A DNA stretch of 37,070 nt, taken from the sequence record SRR20825010_5550; one strand, written 5' to 3'. Below, piece after piece: positions 1 to 10,495 of this stretch (positions are counted from its first letter, which is position 1; the number at the start of each line of letters is the position of its first letter). A program made the position numbers and the translations under genes. Below the pieces are notes generated by a model, which was not told the DNA's origin, did not search any database, and saw nothing but the letters and a program-made list of their open reading frames with translations.

Positions 1-121
1 GAAGGGATTGTAAGCCCAAGTCCTTGGAAAAGCACATAATTTCCAATTGACAACTTAGGTTTGGATCGTCACTGAAATTGCCTCATGTCGAAGTGACTAG
101 TACCAGTCCTTTCCCCATCCC

Positions 122-147
122 TGTAACAAATCCTTCATATCTTCGTC
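122..147 (+). promoter_or_regulatory. Putative ECF sigma-type promoter (TGTAAC-N16-CGTC) upstream of the DUF456 gene
   Basis: TGTAAC at 122-127 and CGTC at 144-147, matching the general ECF AAC/CGT pattern, 24 nt before the ATG at 172. Confidence 0.45.
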
Positions 148-171
148 AAACTAAGTATTCAAAAGATTCCT

Positions 172-687
172 ATGGATATTGTGTTATTGATTATTGGGTT
201 TATTTTAATGTTCGTTGGTGTACTGGGTAGTTTTCTCCCTGTCCTGCCAGGAACACCTATAAGCTGGGTAGGCTTACTACTGCTCTATCTTACCAAAGCC
301 ATTCCAGATGATTGGATTTTTTTGGGTATTACCTTGACCGTAGCTATACTAGTTTTTGCCCTGGACTACATTATTCCCGTTTGGGGAACCAAGAAATTCG
401 GGGGAAGCAAGTGGGGAATGATCGGTACTACCATTGGACTCCTAGTAGCCCTTATATTTCCAGTTCTTGGATTTTTTGGAATCATAATCTGGCCATTTTT
501 AGGCGCTTTGGTAGGGGAACTGATCAACAGGGCCGATCAAAAAACGGCCCTAAAGGCCGCCTTTGGTTCATTTTTAGGCTTTTTAACCGGAACCTTCCTG
601 AAATTTATGGTTACCATAATTTATCTGGGCCTATTTATATATAAGGCCTGGGAATATAAGTCGGACTTATTTCCCTTCTTTAGTTAA
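172..687 (+). CDS. DUF456 family (YqgC-like) membrane protein
   Basis: 171 aa, highly hydrophobic; motifs GSFLPVLPG, GTKKFGGSKWG and PFLGALVGEL are typical of DUF456. Confidence 0.85.
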   Translation: MDIVLLIIGFILMFVGVLGSFLPVLPGTPISWVGLLLLYLTKAIPDDWIFLGITLTVAILVFALDYIIPVWGTKKFGGSKWGMIGTTIGLLVALIFPVLGFFGIIIWPFLGALVGELINRADQKTALKAAFGSFLGFLTGTFLKFMVTIIYLGLFIYKAWEYKSDLFPFFS

Positions 688-696
688 TCCATATTT

Positions 697-1248
697 CTAC
701 ATCCATGTTACTTTTTCTTGCCATGGGCCTTTGCTGACAACTGGAATTTCTTCATCAGTATACCCCATATAGAAAAAGCCCAAACATACTTCGCCTGTAT
801 TCAGCTCAAAAAAATCGCCCATATATTTAATCAGGCCAGGAGAACTCCAATAGCTCCCTATACCCAACTCTGTACAACAGAGCCACATATTTTGTACCGC
901 CATTGCCGTTGCTGCCACTTCTTCCCATTCCGGCACACTTTCTTGGAGATCACGTTGCATACAAATGGCTATGACTGCGGCAGCCTTTTTTGGATTCTGA
1001 ATCAACTTTTCCACCTTGAACTGCTTAGGCTTTGGGTCCGTTTCCATGTATTTCAATGACAGGAATAAGCCCAATTTTTCCTTGGCCTCCCCTTGTAGTA
1101 CTTTAAATCGCCAAGGTTCCGTTTTCTTATGGGTAGGCGCAAAATTGGCAGCCTCCAATACCTTTTCAATGTTCTCCCTACTTATAGGTTCATCATTATA
1201 TTGGGCAGGAAAAATAGACCGACGCCTCTTAATTATATCAAAAATCAT
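697..1248 (-). CDS. Nitroreductase family protein (YdjA-like)
   Basis: IKRRRSI, AANFAPTHKKTEPWRF and AVQNMWL...GIGSYW motifs. Confidence 0.9.
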   Translation of the reverse strand: MIFDIIKRRRSIFPAQYNDEPISRENIEKVLEAANFAPTHKKTEPWRFKVLQGEAKEKLGLFLSLKYMETDPKPKQFKVEKLIQNPKKAAAVIAICMQRDLQESVPEWEEVAATAMAVQNMWLCCTELGIGSYWSSPGLIKYMGDFFELNTGEVCLGFFYMGYTDEEIPVVSKGPWQEKVTWM

Positions 1249-1291
1249 ACTTTCTCTATTTAAATATTACAAACTAAGGTTTTTAAATTCC

Positions 1292-2185
1292 CTATATAGA
1301 TTCGTTTAACAATAAATTAATACAATGTCGCAAAGCGGGGTTTCTATTGTCCTCCTTCCAACAAACGGATAACACCGCCCTTTGCGGAATGTTCTTGAGT
1401 TCAATAAATTTTACCTTCATCTGAAAGCCATATTGCAAGGAAGTGGGTATTATGGCAATTCCCAAATTATTCTCCACTAGCTTAAAAATGGTCTGGGCAT
1501 GCACGGATTTATGGGAAACCTTGGGGGTAAAACCCGCATCCTCACATATGCTCATAACCGTGTCAAAGTACAACGGACTGTAATCCTGGGCGAACAAAAT
1601 AAAATTCTCCGCCGCCAATTGCCCTACATCTGTAAATTCCCTGGTCAATAAAGGATATAATTCTGGCAAAACCACGGAAAAAGTGTCGGTATATACCGGT
1701 TGAATATTTAGGCCTTCAGGCACTCTGGCCGTTCGTACAAAGCCCATATCCAATTTATCCTTCAAGATGGCATTGACCTGGGCATTGTTGGACAATTCCT
1801 CCAAATTGGTCTGGATGCCAGGGAATTTATCCTTTAACTTGATCAGAAGATTAGGTATCACTTCCTGCATGGCCGAACCCAAAAACCCTATTCGGACCTC
1901 CCCAAAATTGCCATCCCTAATATGTCTCAACTGCTTTTTGGTGACTTCCAAATGGTTTAGGATAAACTCTATTTCACTTTTGAGATATTCCCCTGCTGCA
2001 GTAAGGCTTACCTTTTTCTTTGTCCGGACAAAAAGCTTTACCTCCAAAATCTCTTCCATTTGTTTAATTTGTCGACTTAAACCTGGTTGGGAAATACAAA
2101 GCTTTTCCGCTGCCTTTCTATAGTGCAATTCTTCGGCCACTGCCAAAAAATAATTGAAATGTCTGAGTTCTATTTGATAACCCAT
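1292..2185 (-). CDS. LysR family transcriptional regulator, divergent from hutH
   Basis: N-terminal HTH (AAEKLCISQPGLSRQIKQME...LFVR); 297 aa with a substrate-binding domain. Confidence 0.95.
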   Translation of the reverse strand: MGYQIELRHFNYFLAVAEELHYRKAAEKLCISQPGLSRQIKQMEEILEVKLFVRTKKKVSLTAAGEYLKSEIEFILNHLEVTKKQLRHIRDGNFGEVRIGFLGSAMQEVIPNLLIKLKDKFPGIQTNLEELSNNAQVNAILKDKLDMGFVRTARVPEGLNIQPVYTDTFSVVLPELYPLLTREFTDVGQLAAENFILFAQDYSPLYFDTVMSICEDAGFTPKVSHKSVHAQTIFKLVENNLGIAIIPTSLQYGFQMKVKFIELKNIPQRAVLSVCWKEDNRNPALRHCINLLLNESI

Positions 2186-2235
2186 AGTTATTAAGTGTGT
2201 ACATTAATAGTATTGGTGATTATCAAACATAATCA
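2175..2235. promoter_or_regulatory. Two LysR-type T-N11-A dyad sites in the lysR/hutH divergent region
   Basis: TGATAAC-N5-GTTATTA (2175-2193, overlapping the lysR start codon) and TGATTAT-N5-ATAATCA (2217-2235), 42 bp apart. Confidence 0.6.
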
Positions 2236-2263
2236 ATAAATTTATATTGATAAAAATAATCCC

Positions 2264-3844
2264 ATGGCTACTTCAAAAAAAATCTTTTTTTTCGGGGAAG
2301 ATCATCTTACTGCAGGCCTGGCTTTGAGCCTTGTAAGGGGAACGATCATAGGGCAAATCTCTGAACCAGCAAGAAAAAAAATTCGTGAAAGCCACCAAAC
2401 CGTTTTACGTATTGTAGAGATAGGGCAACCTGTTTACGGAATCAATACCGGATTTGGTCCCTTGTGTACTACCAAAATTTCCAAAACTGAAACCAAAACA
2501 TTACAAAACAATATACTTCAAAGTCATAGTGTGGGGGTTGGACCACCAATAGAAACGGAAATGGCCAAATTGATGCTCGTTTTAAAGGCACATTCCCTGG
2601 CCAAAGGTTTTTCTGGTATTGCAGAAGCCACCCTGGACCGAATAATATGGCATTTAGATAACGATGCTATTCCAATAGTACCCTCCCAAGGTTCTGTGGG
2701 GGCGTCCGGTGACCTTGCCCCCCTATCCCATTTATTTTTACCTCTAGTTGGATTGGGAAAAGTAAGATACATAAGAAAAACGATCACCACAGCCCAACTC
2801 CACAGAATTTATGAGCTTGAGCCCTTGGAATTGGGTCCCAAAGAGGGACTGGCCCTAATAAACGGCACCCAATTTATTGCTGCCCATGCCGTAATGGTCA
2901 TAGACAAAATGTACGCCTGCACTACTCATGCGGACATCATTGGGGCCATGATGATCGAAGGTTTACAGGGTAGCGTAAAACCCTTTTATAAAGAGCTGCA
3001 TGAGCTACGCCCCTTTAAAGGCAATGGTCACGTAGCTTCAAGAATCCGTTTCCTTTTGGAAGATTCAGAAATTATGCAGGACCACATAGATTGTGAACGG
3101 GTACAAGACCCCTATTCACTAAGATGTATTCCCCAAGTACATGGAGCCTCCAGAAACGCTTGGCTGCATTTAAAAGAATTATTGGAGATAGAATTGAACT
3201 CGGTTACGGACAACCCTATCATTATTAATGAGGAATTAACGATAAGTGGGGGCAATTTTCATGGACAACCATTGGCCATGGCACTGGACTATGTATGTTT
3301 GGCCGCTTCCGAGCTTGGAAACATCTCGGACCGCCGTATTTATTTGGCTTTGGAAGGCAACAGTCCCGGGGTACCCAAATTGTTGATGAAGGATACCGGA
3401 ATCAATTCCGGCTATATGATCTTACAATACACCACGGCCGCTTTGGCCAGTGAAAACAAAGGTTTGTGTTTCCCTGCCAGTGCCGATAGCATCCCTACAT
3501 CCCTAGGGCAGGAAGACCATGTAAGTATGGGATCCATCAGCGGTAGAAAAGCCCTTCAAGTATTGGAAAATGTAGAAAAAATATTGGCCATTGAACTTCT
3601 GACCGCAGCACAGGCTTTTGAGTTTAGAAAACCCATGAAATCTGGTGTCTTACTGGATGAAGTACATAAAACTATTCGCAAAAAAGTAGCCTTTGCCGAT
3701 AAGGACAGGGTTTTTTCCGATGATATTGAAAAAGGAATTGAAATGATCAAAGGCCGCACCATAATACATTCGGTACAAAAAACTATGAAGCGCAACAATC
3801 TTAAAATGGAAAGTCCATTTGAAGCCGAATTTGAAAAATATTAA
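2264..3844 (+). CDS. hutH: Histidine ammonia-lyase
   Basis: YGINTGFG, the MIO-forming GSVGASGDLAPL, QDPYSLRC, SGGNFHGQP and QEDHVSMG. Confidence 0.97.
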   Translation: MATSKKIFFFGEDHLTAGLALSLVRGTIIGQISEPARKKIRESHQTVLRIVEIGQPVYGINTGFGPLCTTKISKTETKTLQNNILQSHSVGVGPPIETEMAKLMLVLKAHSLAKGFSGIAEATLDRIIWHLDNDAIPIVPSQGSVGASGDLAPLSHLFLPLVGLGKVRYIRKTITTAQLHRIYELEPLELGPKEGLALINGTQFIAAHAVMVIDKMYACTTHADIIGAMMIEGLQGSVKPFYKELHELRPFKGNGHVASRIRFLLEDSEIMQDHIDCERVQDPYSLRCIPQVHGASRNAWLHLKELLEIELNSVTDNPIIINEELTISGGNFHGQPLAMALDYVCLAASELGNISDRRIYLALEGNSPGVPKLLMKDTGINSGYMILQYTTAALASENKGLCFPASADSIPTSLGQEDHVSMGSISGRKALQVLENVEKILAIELLTAAQAFEFRKPMKSGVLLDEVHKTIRKKVAFADKDRVFSDDIEKGIEMIKGRTIIHSVQKTMKRNNLKMESPFEAEFEKY

Positions 3845-3896
3845 TTAATTGCCAAGCCATCAGCAAAAATCTGCACGCTTTAGATCTAAGACAAAC

Positions 3897-5147
3897 ATGA
3901 AAAAATACACCCTTATAGGCCCCTTTAAGCAAATCTTGACGATGACGGGTCTACCGCTAAAAGGCCCACTATCTGACGAGCAATTACCGATATTGGAAAA
4001 TGGGGGTATTATTATGGTGGATGACAAAATTCACGCCATAGGATCTTATCCTGAAATGCAGACAAAAGCAAACCACCTAAATGCGCAAAATATGCCTATC
4101 CAATCCAACATGGTATGCCTTCCCGGATTAATTGATGCCCATACCCATATTTGTTTTGGAGGAAGCAGGGTCAAAGACTATGCCCTACGCAATTCCGGCA
4201 AAACCTATCTCGAAATTGCCAAAGCTGGAGGTGGAATTTGGGATACGGTTACGGAGACTAGAAAGGCCACCACATCCTCCTTGATAGAGGGTGTAAAAAA
4301 AAGAGCGGACAGACATTTGGCCCATGGTGTGACCACCATAGAAGTAAAAAGCGGCTACGGACTTTCGGTTGAAGAGGAACTAAAAATGTTAAGAGCTATT
4401 GCGCAAGCCGATAAAGAATGTCATCCCGATCTAATTGCCACATGTATGGCGGCACATATGGTCCCCAAAGATTATCAGGGAAGTCCAGCCGATTATCTTT
4501 TGGAAATAAGCACTTTACTATTTCCAATTTTAAAAAAAGAAAAGTTAGCCAATAGAATTGATGCCTTCGTGGAGGAAGGGGCCTTTTCTCCTGTTTCAAT
4601 CGCAGCATATTTTGACAATGCCAAGGCCATAGGATTCGATATCACTGTACATGCCGACCAATTTTCAACCGGAGGTAGTGATGTTGCTGTTAAATATAAG
4701 GCAGTAAGTGCCGATCACTTGGAGTCAAGTACAGAAAAAGAAATTCAGCTACTCGCCAAAAGCAATACCGTAGCAACTGCCTTGCCCGGTGCCTCTATGG
4801 GATTGGGATGTAGCTATACCCCTGCGCGCCGATTATTGGATGCAGGAGCAGCCTTGGCCATTGCCAGTGATTGGAATCCCGGTTCTGCCCCAATGGGTAA
4901 TTTATTGATCCAGGCAGCCGTACTCGGAACATTTGAGAAACTCACAAATACCGAGGTGTTGGCCGGGATTACTTTCAGGGCAGCGGCAGCTTTAAACTTA
5001 AAGGACAGAGGTACATTGAAAACCGGATTATTGGCAGATCTCATTGCTTTTCCCACCGACAATTATCAAGAAATACTTTATCAACAAGGTATGATGCTGC
5101 CTTCCCTTGTCTGCAAAAAGGGAAAATTGGTAGTTGGTATTAACTAA
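3897..5147 (+). CDS. hutI: Imidazolonepropionase
   Basis: PGLIDAHTH, GVTTIEVKSGYG, HADQ and ASDWNPGS; ATG at 3897 preferred over the upstream TTG at 3849. Confidence 0.95.
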   Translation: MKKYTLIGPFKQILTMTGLPLKGPLSDEQLPILENGGIIMVDDKIHAIGSYPEMQTKANHLNAQNMPIQSNMVCLPGLIDAHTHICFGGSRVKDYALRNSGKTYLEIAKAGGGIWDTVTETRKATTSSLIEGVKKRADRHLAHGVTTIEVKSGYGLSVEEELKMLRAIAQADKECHPDLIATCMAAHMVPKDYQGSPADYLLEISTLLFPILKKEKLANRIDAFVEEGAFSPVSIAAYFDNAKAIGFDITVHADQFSTGGSDVAVKYKAVSADHLESSTEKEIQLLAKSNTVATALPGASMGLGCSYTPARRLLDAGAALAIASDWNPGSAPMGNLLIQAAVLGTFEKLTNTEVLAGITFRAAAALNLKDRGTLKTGLLADLIAFPTDNYQEILYQQGMMLPSLVCKKGKLVVGIN

Positions 5148-5161
5148 AAAAGACCCGAACG

Positions 5162-7174
5162 ATGACGGAAGAAAATTTTAAAGCTCAAATACTCCAAGGC
5201 ATTCCAAAGGAAATGCCCAATAAAAAAGACTATCCCAATAATGCAAATAGAGCCCCAAAACGCAAGGATATCCTATCCTTGGAGGAGAAAAAATTGGCCA
5301 TCCGCAATGCCTTGCGCTATTTTCCATCAGATTGGCACCAAATCCTTGGAAGAGAATTTGCCCAAGAATTAAATACTTTGGGCAGAATCTATATGTATCG
5401 CTTTAAGCCGGATTACCCTCTATATGCAAGACCAATTGATCATTATCCCGCAAAAAGTAATCAGGCGGCCAGTATAATGCTAATGATACAAAACAATTTA
5501 GACCCCCAGGTAGCACAACATCCAGAAGAACTAATAACCTATGGGGGCAATGGTGCCGTATTTCAGAATTGGGCACAGTATCTTTTGACCATGCAGTACC
5601 TGGCGAATATGACCAACGAACAAACCCTGCACATATATTCAGGGCATCCCATGGGGCTATTTCCCTCCTCAAAAGAGGCCCCAAGAGTGGTGGTCACCAA
5701 TGGGATGATGATCCCCAACTACTCCAAGCAGGATGATTGGGAGAAGTATAATGCCCTAGGAGTTACCCAATACGGACAAATGACGGCAGGGTCCTATATG
5801 TATATTGGGCCACAAGGAATAGTTCATGGCACCACGATTACTGTTTTGAACGCCTTTAGAAAAGTCCTACAAAAAGAGGAATCCGCTAAAGGAAAAATAT
5901 TTCTCACTTCCGGCTTAGGGGGTATGAGTGGAGCCCAGCCCAAGGCGGGAAATATTGCCGGCTGCATTACCATTTGTGCAGAGATAAACAAGGCTGCTGC
6001 TCAGAAAAGATACCAACAAGGTTGGGTAGATGAGCTTTTGGAAGATTTGGAACAATTGGTAGAGCGGGCCAGAATGGCAATACAACAAAAGGAAGTTGTC
6101 TCCTTGGCCTATATTGGAAATATAGTGGAGGTATGGGAAAAGTTCTACCAGGAAAATATATTCATCCATTTGGGTTCCGACCAGACCTCCCTTCATAACC
6201 CATGGTCAGGGGGCTATTATCCTGTAGGCCTTTCTTTTGAAGAATCCAATCAGCTTATGAGGACCAATCCAGAAGCTTTTAAACAAAAAGTACAGGCTTC
6301 GTTAAGAAGACAGGTAACCGCTATTAACAAACATACAGCCAAACGCACCTATTTTTTTGATTATGGCAATGCCTTTTTATTGGAGGCATCCAGAGCAGGA
6401 GCCCAAATAATGGCTGAAAATGGTCTGGAATTTAGATATCCATCTTACGTTCAGGATATTTTAGGCCCAATGTGTTTTGATTATGGATTTGGACCCTTTA
6501 GATGGGTATGCACCTCGGGAGACCCAATGGATTTGCAAAAAACGGATGATATTGCACTCCAAACTTTAGAAGAAATTAGGATTAACGCACCCTCTGAGAT
6601 CCAACAGCAAATAGAGGACAATATAAAGTGGATCAGGGAAGCTTTATCCAACAAAATGGTAGTAGGCTCACAGGCCCGCATCCTATATGCGGATGCTGAA
6701 GGAAGGGCCAAAATTGCCATGGCCTTCAACAATGCCATTAAATCCGGAGAAATCAGTGCACCCATTGTTTTGGGACGGGATCACCATGACGTGGGCGGTA
6801 CAGACTCGCCCTTTAGGGAAACGAGCAATATTTATGATGGCAGCAAGTATACTGCAGACATGGCCATCCACAATGTAATTGGAGATAGCTTTAGGGGCGC
6901 CACTTGGGTATCCATTCACAACGGTGGAGGTATAGGTTGGGGAGAAGTCATCAACGGTGGTTTCGGTTTAGTGTTGGATGGTTCCGACGATGCTGCTGAA
7001 CGTCTAAAAAACATGTTGTTTTATGATGTAAATAATGGAATATCTAGAAGAAGTTGGGCCAGAAACAAAGAAGCCTTGTTTGCAATAAAACGGGAAATGG
7101 CCCGAACACCGGAATTAAAGGTTACCTTGCCAAATATAGTTGAGGATGAATTAATCAATGATTTGTTCAACTAA
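5162..7174 (+). CDS. hutU: Urocanate hydratase (long ~670-aa type)
   Basis: YGQMTAGSYMYIGPQGIVHGT, GLGGMSGAQP, SDQTSLHN, GRDHHD and WVSIHNGGG. Confidence 0.97.
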   Translation: MTEENFKAQILQGIPKEMPNKKDYPNNANRAPKRKDILSLEEKKLAIRNALRYFPSDWHQILGREFAQELNTLGRIYMYRFKPDYPLYARPIDHYPAKSNQAASIMLMIQNNLDPQVAQHPEELITYGGNGAVFQNWAQYLLTMQYLANMTNEQTLHIYSGHPMGLFPSSKEAPRVVVTNGMMIPNYSKQDDWEKYNALGVTQYGQMTAGSYMYIGPQGIVHGTTITVLNAFRKVLQKEESAKGKIFLTSGLGGMSGAQPKAGNIAGCITICAEINKAAAQKRYQQGWVDELLEDLEQLVERARMAIQQKEVVSLAYIGNIVEVWEKFYQENIFIHLGSDQTSLHNPWSGGYYPVGLSFEESNQLMRTNPEAFKQKVQASLRRQVTAINKHTAKRTYFFDYGNAFLLEASRAGAQIMAENGLEFRYPSYVQDILGPMCFDYGFGPFRWVCTSGDPMDLQKTDDIALQTLEEIRINAPSEIQQQIEDNIKWIREALSNKMVVGSQARILYADAEGRAKIAMAFNNAIKSGEISAPIVLGRDHHDVGGTDSPFRETSNIYDGSKYTADMAIHNVIGDSFRGATWVSIHNGGGIGWGEVINGGFGLVLDGSDDAAERLKNMLFYDVNNGISRRSWARNKEALFAIKREMARTPELKVTLPNIVEDELINDLFN

Positions 7175-7289
7175 TGACTCCTATTCTATAAGTTATATAA
7201 AGTGGTTTTGAAAATCTAGAATATATATTTATTTTTACCTCATTCCACAAATTCTAAATTCTTAAAGCAGCATTTCATACGGTAATAAT

Positions 7290-7982
7290 ATGGAAATAGA
7301 GACATTTCAATCCACCAAAAAAAAATTCAAAAAAGCCTTTGCCGAAATTTTAAGTACCATCAACAACTATGAAATAGACGAGGCTGCACTTCCTGCTTAC
7401 GCACACAAAAATCCATTGATAGATTATCTCTTTTGGAGTAGACTAAGTATAGCATTTGAGTTTGCAAAAAAACAAACCGGCAACAAAAAAGCACTTGATT
7501 TTGGCTGTGGTTCAGGATGTTTCAGTTATTTGTTAGCTAAAAATGGTTATCAAGTTACAGCCACTGATTTAGATTTCAGTCCTCTAAAACTAGTTCAGGA
7601 AAAATTGGAATTCCCTTCAAATATAAAATTTATTCAGGGGGACATTATTGATAAAGAATTACCTGATAATTCATTTGATGTAATTTTTGCTCTAGATGTC
7701 TTGGAGCATATAGAAAACCTGTCCGACTACGTGGAACTGTTCAAAAAATTACTTACGCCAGACGGTGTGATTATAATTTCTGGGCCAACGGAAAACATAC
7801 TTTATAAAATAGGCCGAAAATTTGCCGGAAATCGTTTTACGGGCGATTATCACGTAACCAATATTTCCAGTATAAAAAAGGAGTTTGGACAACAACTTAA
7901 TGTAAAAACCATAAAAAAACTTATTTCTCCTTTTGTTCTTTTTGAATTATTCAGCGCACACAAGGTTGAAAAAATCAAGTAA
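7290..7982 (+). CDS. Class I SAM-dependent methyltransferase
   Basis: Motif I LDFGCGSG, then FDVIFALDVLEH and LTPDG. Confidence 0.9.
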   Translation: MEIETFQSTKKKFKKAFAEILSTINNYEIDEAALPAYAHKNPLIDYLFWSRLSIAFEFAKKQTGNKKALDFGCGSGCFSYLLAKNGYQVTATDLDFSPLKLVQEKLEFPSNIKFIQGDIIDKELPDNSFDVIFALDVLEHIENLSDYVELFKKLLTPDGVIIISGPTENILYKIGRKFAGNRFTGDYHVTNISSIKKEFGQQLNVKTIKKLISPFVLFELFSAHKVEKIK

Positions 7983-8039
7983 TTTGATACTAAACGCCCG
8001 TAAAAATATAAACGAATAAACATATTGAAAATTAAGTAA

Positions 8040-10445
8040 ATGATAAGTTTGTTCCAAAAATCGATAAACTCCATATACAAGATCACCGGTTACAATAAGG
8101 AAAAGCACAATTCCCTAAAAAACCCCATTTTTATTTTACTTTCCCTTGGTTTGATTGCTACAATGTTAATTGCTTACTCCAATCATTTTCAAAATGGCTT
8201 TCATTTTGACGATAGCCATACCATAGAAGAGAACAAGGCCATTACCGACGTAAACGCAACGGCATTTTTTAAGGATGTAACAACATTTAGTACACTCCCC
8301 AGCAATAGGTCCTACCGGCCCTACACCACTCTTGAAAATGCCATTGACTACAAACTTGGAGGTGGACTAGACCCACTTGCATTTCATATCCACATTTTTG
8401 TATTCTTTATTTTAACCTGTGCCGCACTTTGCCTTTTTGTTAAAAAACTACTGGATAGGTTGGAATTCTCCCAATACAACCAGTTTTGGGGACTCCTGAT
8501 AGCAGCCGCATTTGGTTTATTATGTGCCAATGCAGAAACGGTCAACTATATTATTCAGCGATCGGAAATTGTAGCCGGCTTCTATGTGCTATTGGGATTC
8601 GTCGCATTTTTGAGTGGTGGTAAATGGAGGAAATGGCATCTTTACCTGATCTTTCCATTTATTGGCTTCTTTTCCAAAGAAATGGCTTTGGTGTTTTCAC
8701 CGCTGCTGTTCCTATATTTTTTAATTTTTGAAGAGGACGTAGATCTATTGCGGTTCTACCGGGCAACGGAATTTAAAAAATGTATCCGCTCCTTTGTTAA
8801 AGTGTTCCCGTCATTTATTCTTACCGTGGCCTTTTTGGTATTCTATTTCTCCATGCTTCCGGATACCTTTGCACCCGGAGGTGTTGATCGTTATAATTAT
8901 TTGATTACCCAGCCCCTGGTCATGTGCCACTATATACTAACCTATTTTATTCCCTATAACCTATCTGCAGATACGGATTGGGTAGCTTTTGAATCTATTA
9001 TGGATTACAGGGCCATTTTGGGCATTGTTGGAATAGGGGTATTGATTTTCTTAGCGTTAAAAACATCGAAAAAGAGGGAAACTAAATTATTTTCCTTTGG
9101 CCTACTTTGGTTCTTTATCTCTCTACTACCCTCTTCCTCCGTACTTCCCTTTGCAGAGGTGCTTAATGACCACCGAAGCTTTATCCCATATATGGGACTC
9201 ACTATAGCTTTTGTTTTTGGTTCCAAATATTTTCTCGAAACATATTTTCCCAAAATATTGACCTCAAAAAAAGGGATGTCCATAATATCCCTGTTCATAA
9301 TCTTTTTCCTGTTCGCCAATGCCTATGGCGTGCACCAGCGAAACAAAGTATGGAAAGATGAAATTAGTCTCTGGAAGGATGTAACCATAAAAAGTCCAAA
9401 AAATGGTCGCGGACATATGAATTATGGCCTAGCTCTAATGGCCCAAGGCGATTATAGCAATGCCGAAATATCGTTTAACAATGCCTTGGAATATGTTCCA
9501 TATTACTCCAGTATTTACACTAATATGGGTATCCTGAAAAATGCCATAGGGGATAAGGAAAGTGCAGATAAATATTTCCAAAAATCCTTATCCCTTAATG
9601 ATGCAAACCATAAAACCAAATACTTCTATGGTCGATATTTATTTCAAAACAATAAATTTGATGAGGCTATAGACCAATTTAAACACGTAAACCAAAGTGT
9701 TCCCAATTATCTTGACACAAACGACTATATCTTCAAATCCTATCATAAACTTAAGGATTGGGACAATATGAAATGCTTTAGCAATGAAGTTTTGGCCAAC
9801 TGGCCAAAAGATGATATAGCAAAAAAATATCTGGACATTGCCTTGAACAAAAAATCAGTATTGACAGTTTTGGAAGAAGAGGTCTCCGATTCTCCCAGCC
9901 CAGAAAAATACCTAAATTTGAGTTTGCAATATTTTAATGAAGGTAACTACGAAGATTGTATCCGAGTAGCAGGGAAAGCAGTGGAATTAAATCCGGAATA
10001 CGCCGATGCCTACAACAATATAGGTATAGGCCATTTTTATCTCTTGAACTATGACCAGGCCATTGAAGCCTACCAAAAAGCACTTGAATTGAACCCGTCC
10101 TATCAATTGGCGAAAAACAATTTGGCAAATGCCGAGGACAAAAAGAAAGATTTGGCCAACGCTACTTCCAGTTTATCGGATAAGGAAGCATCTGCTTATT
10201 ATATAAATCTTAGTCTTGAATTTTACAAAAAGGAAAAATATCAAAGCTGTATAGCCGCAGCAAGGAAGTCGAACGCAATTATACCCAATGCCATTGCATA
10301 TAACAACATTTGTTCTTCCTTCAACCAACTCAAAGAATATCAGAAGGCAATAGCCGCATGTAATGAAGCGTTAAAACTAGACGCTGGTTCCAAGTTGGCC
10401 AAAGGCAATCTAAATTACGCCGAACAACAGGCCAGGAACTTTTAG
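8040..10445 (+). CDS. TMTC-like GT-C membrane glycosyltransferase with C-terminal TPR repeats
   Basis: Multi-pass N-terminal half with FHFDD, SYRP, ETVNYIIQRSE, SKE, PYNLSAD and RNKVWKDEISLW; C-terminal TPRs such as YADAYNNIG and AIEAYQKALELNP. Confidence 0.75.
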   Translation: MISLFQKSINSIYKITGYNKEKHNSLKNPIFILLSLGLIATMLIAYSNHFQNGFHFDDSHTIEENKAITDVNATAFFKDVTTFSTLPSNRSYRPYTTLENAIDYKLGGGLDPLAFHIHIFVFFILTCAALCLFVKKLLDRLEFSQYNQFWGLLIAAAFGLLCANAETVNYIIQRSEIVAGFYVLLGFVAFLSGGKWRKWHLYLIFPFIGFFSKEMALVFSPLLFLYFLIFEEDVDLLRFYRATEFKKCIRSFVKVFPSFILTVAFLVFYFSMLPDTFAPGGVDRYNYLITQPLVMCHYILTYFIPYNLSADTDWVAFESIMDYRAILGIVGIGVLIFLALKTSKKRETKLFSFGLLWFFISLLPSSSVLPFAEVLNDHRSFIPYMGLTIAFVFGSKYFLETYFPKILTSKKGMSIISLFIIFFLFANAYGVHQRNKVWKDEISLWKDVTIKSPKNGRGHMNYGLALMAQGDYSNAEISFNNALEYVPYYSSIYTNMGILKNAIGDKESADKYFQKSLSLNDANHKTKYFYGRYLFQNNKFDEAIDQFKHVNQSVPNYLDTNDYIFKSYHKLKDWDNMKCFSNEVLANWPKDDIAKKYLDIALNKKSVLTVLEEEVSDSPSPEKYLNLSLQYFNEGNYEDCIRVAGKAVELNPEYADAYNNIGIGHFYLLNYDQAIEAYQKALELNPSYQLAKNNLANAEDKKKDLANATSSLSDKEASAYYINLSLEFYKKEKYQSCIAAARKSNAIIPNAIAYNNICSSFNQLKEYQKAIAACNEALKLDAGSKLAKGNLNYAEQQARNF

Positions 10446-10495
10446 AATAGAAATCAAAGCTAATACAAAAAAGAATCGCAACTAACCCGGCAACC

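Noticed and set aside
3849-3896. N-terminal extension of hutI from TTG 3849
   Set aside because: Does not resemble HutI; the ATG at 3897 follows an A-rich leader and is the likelier start.
7317-7325. A9 tract near the 5' end of the methyltransferase gene as a phase-variation switch
   Set aside because: The frame is intact, and A8 runs also occur in ordinary genes here (for example hutI near 4295), so it is not distinctive.
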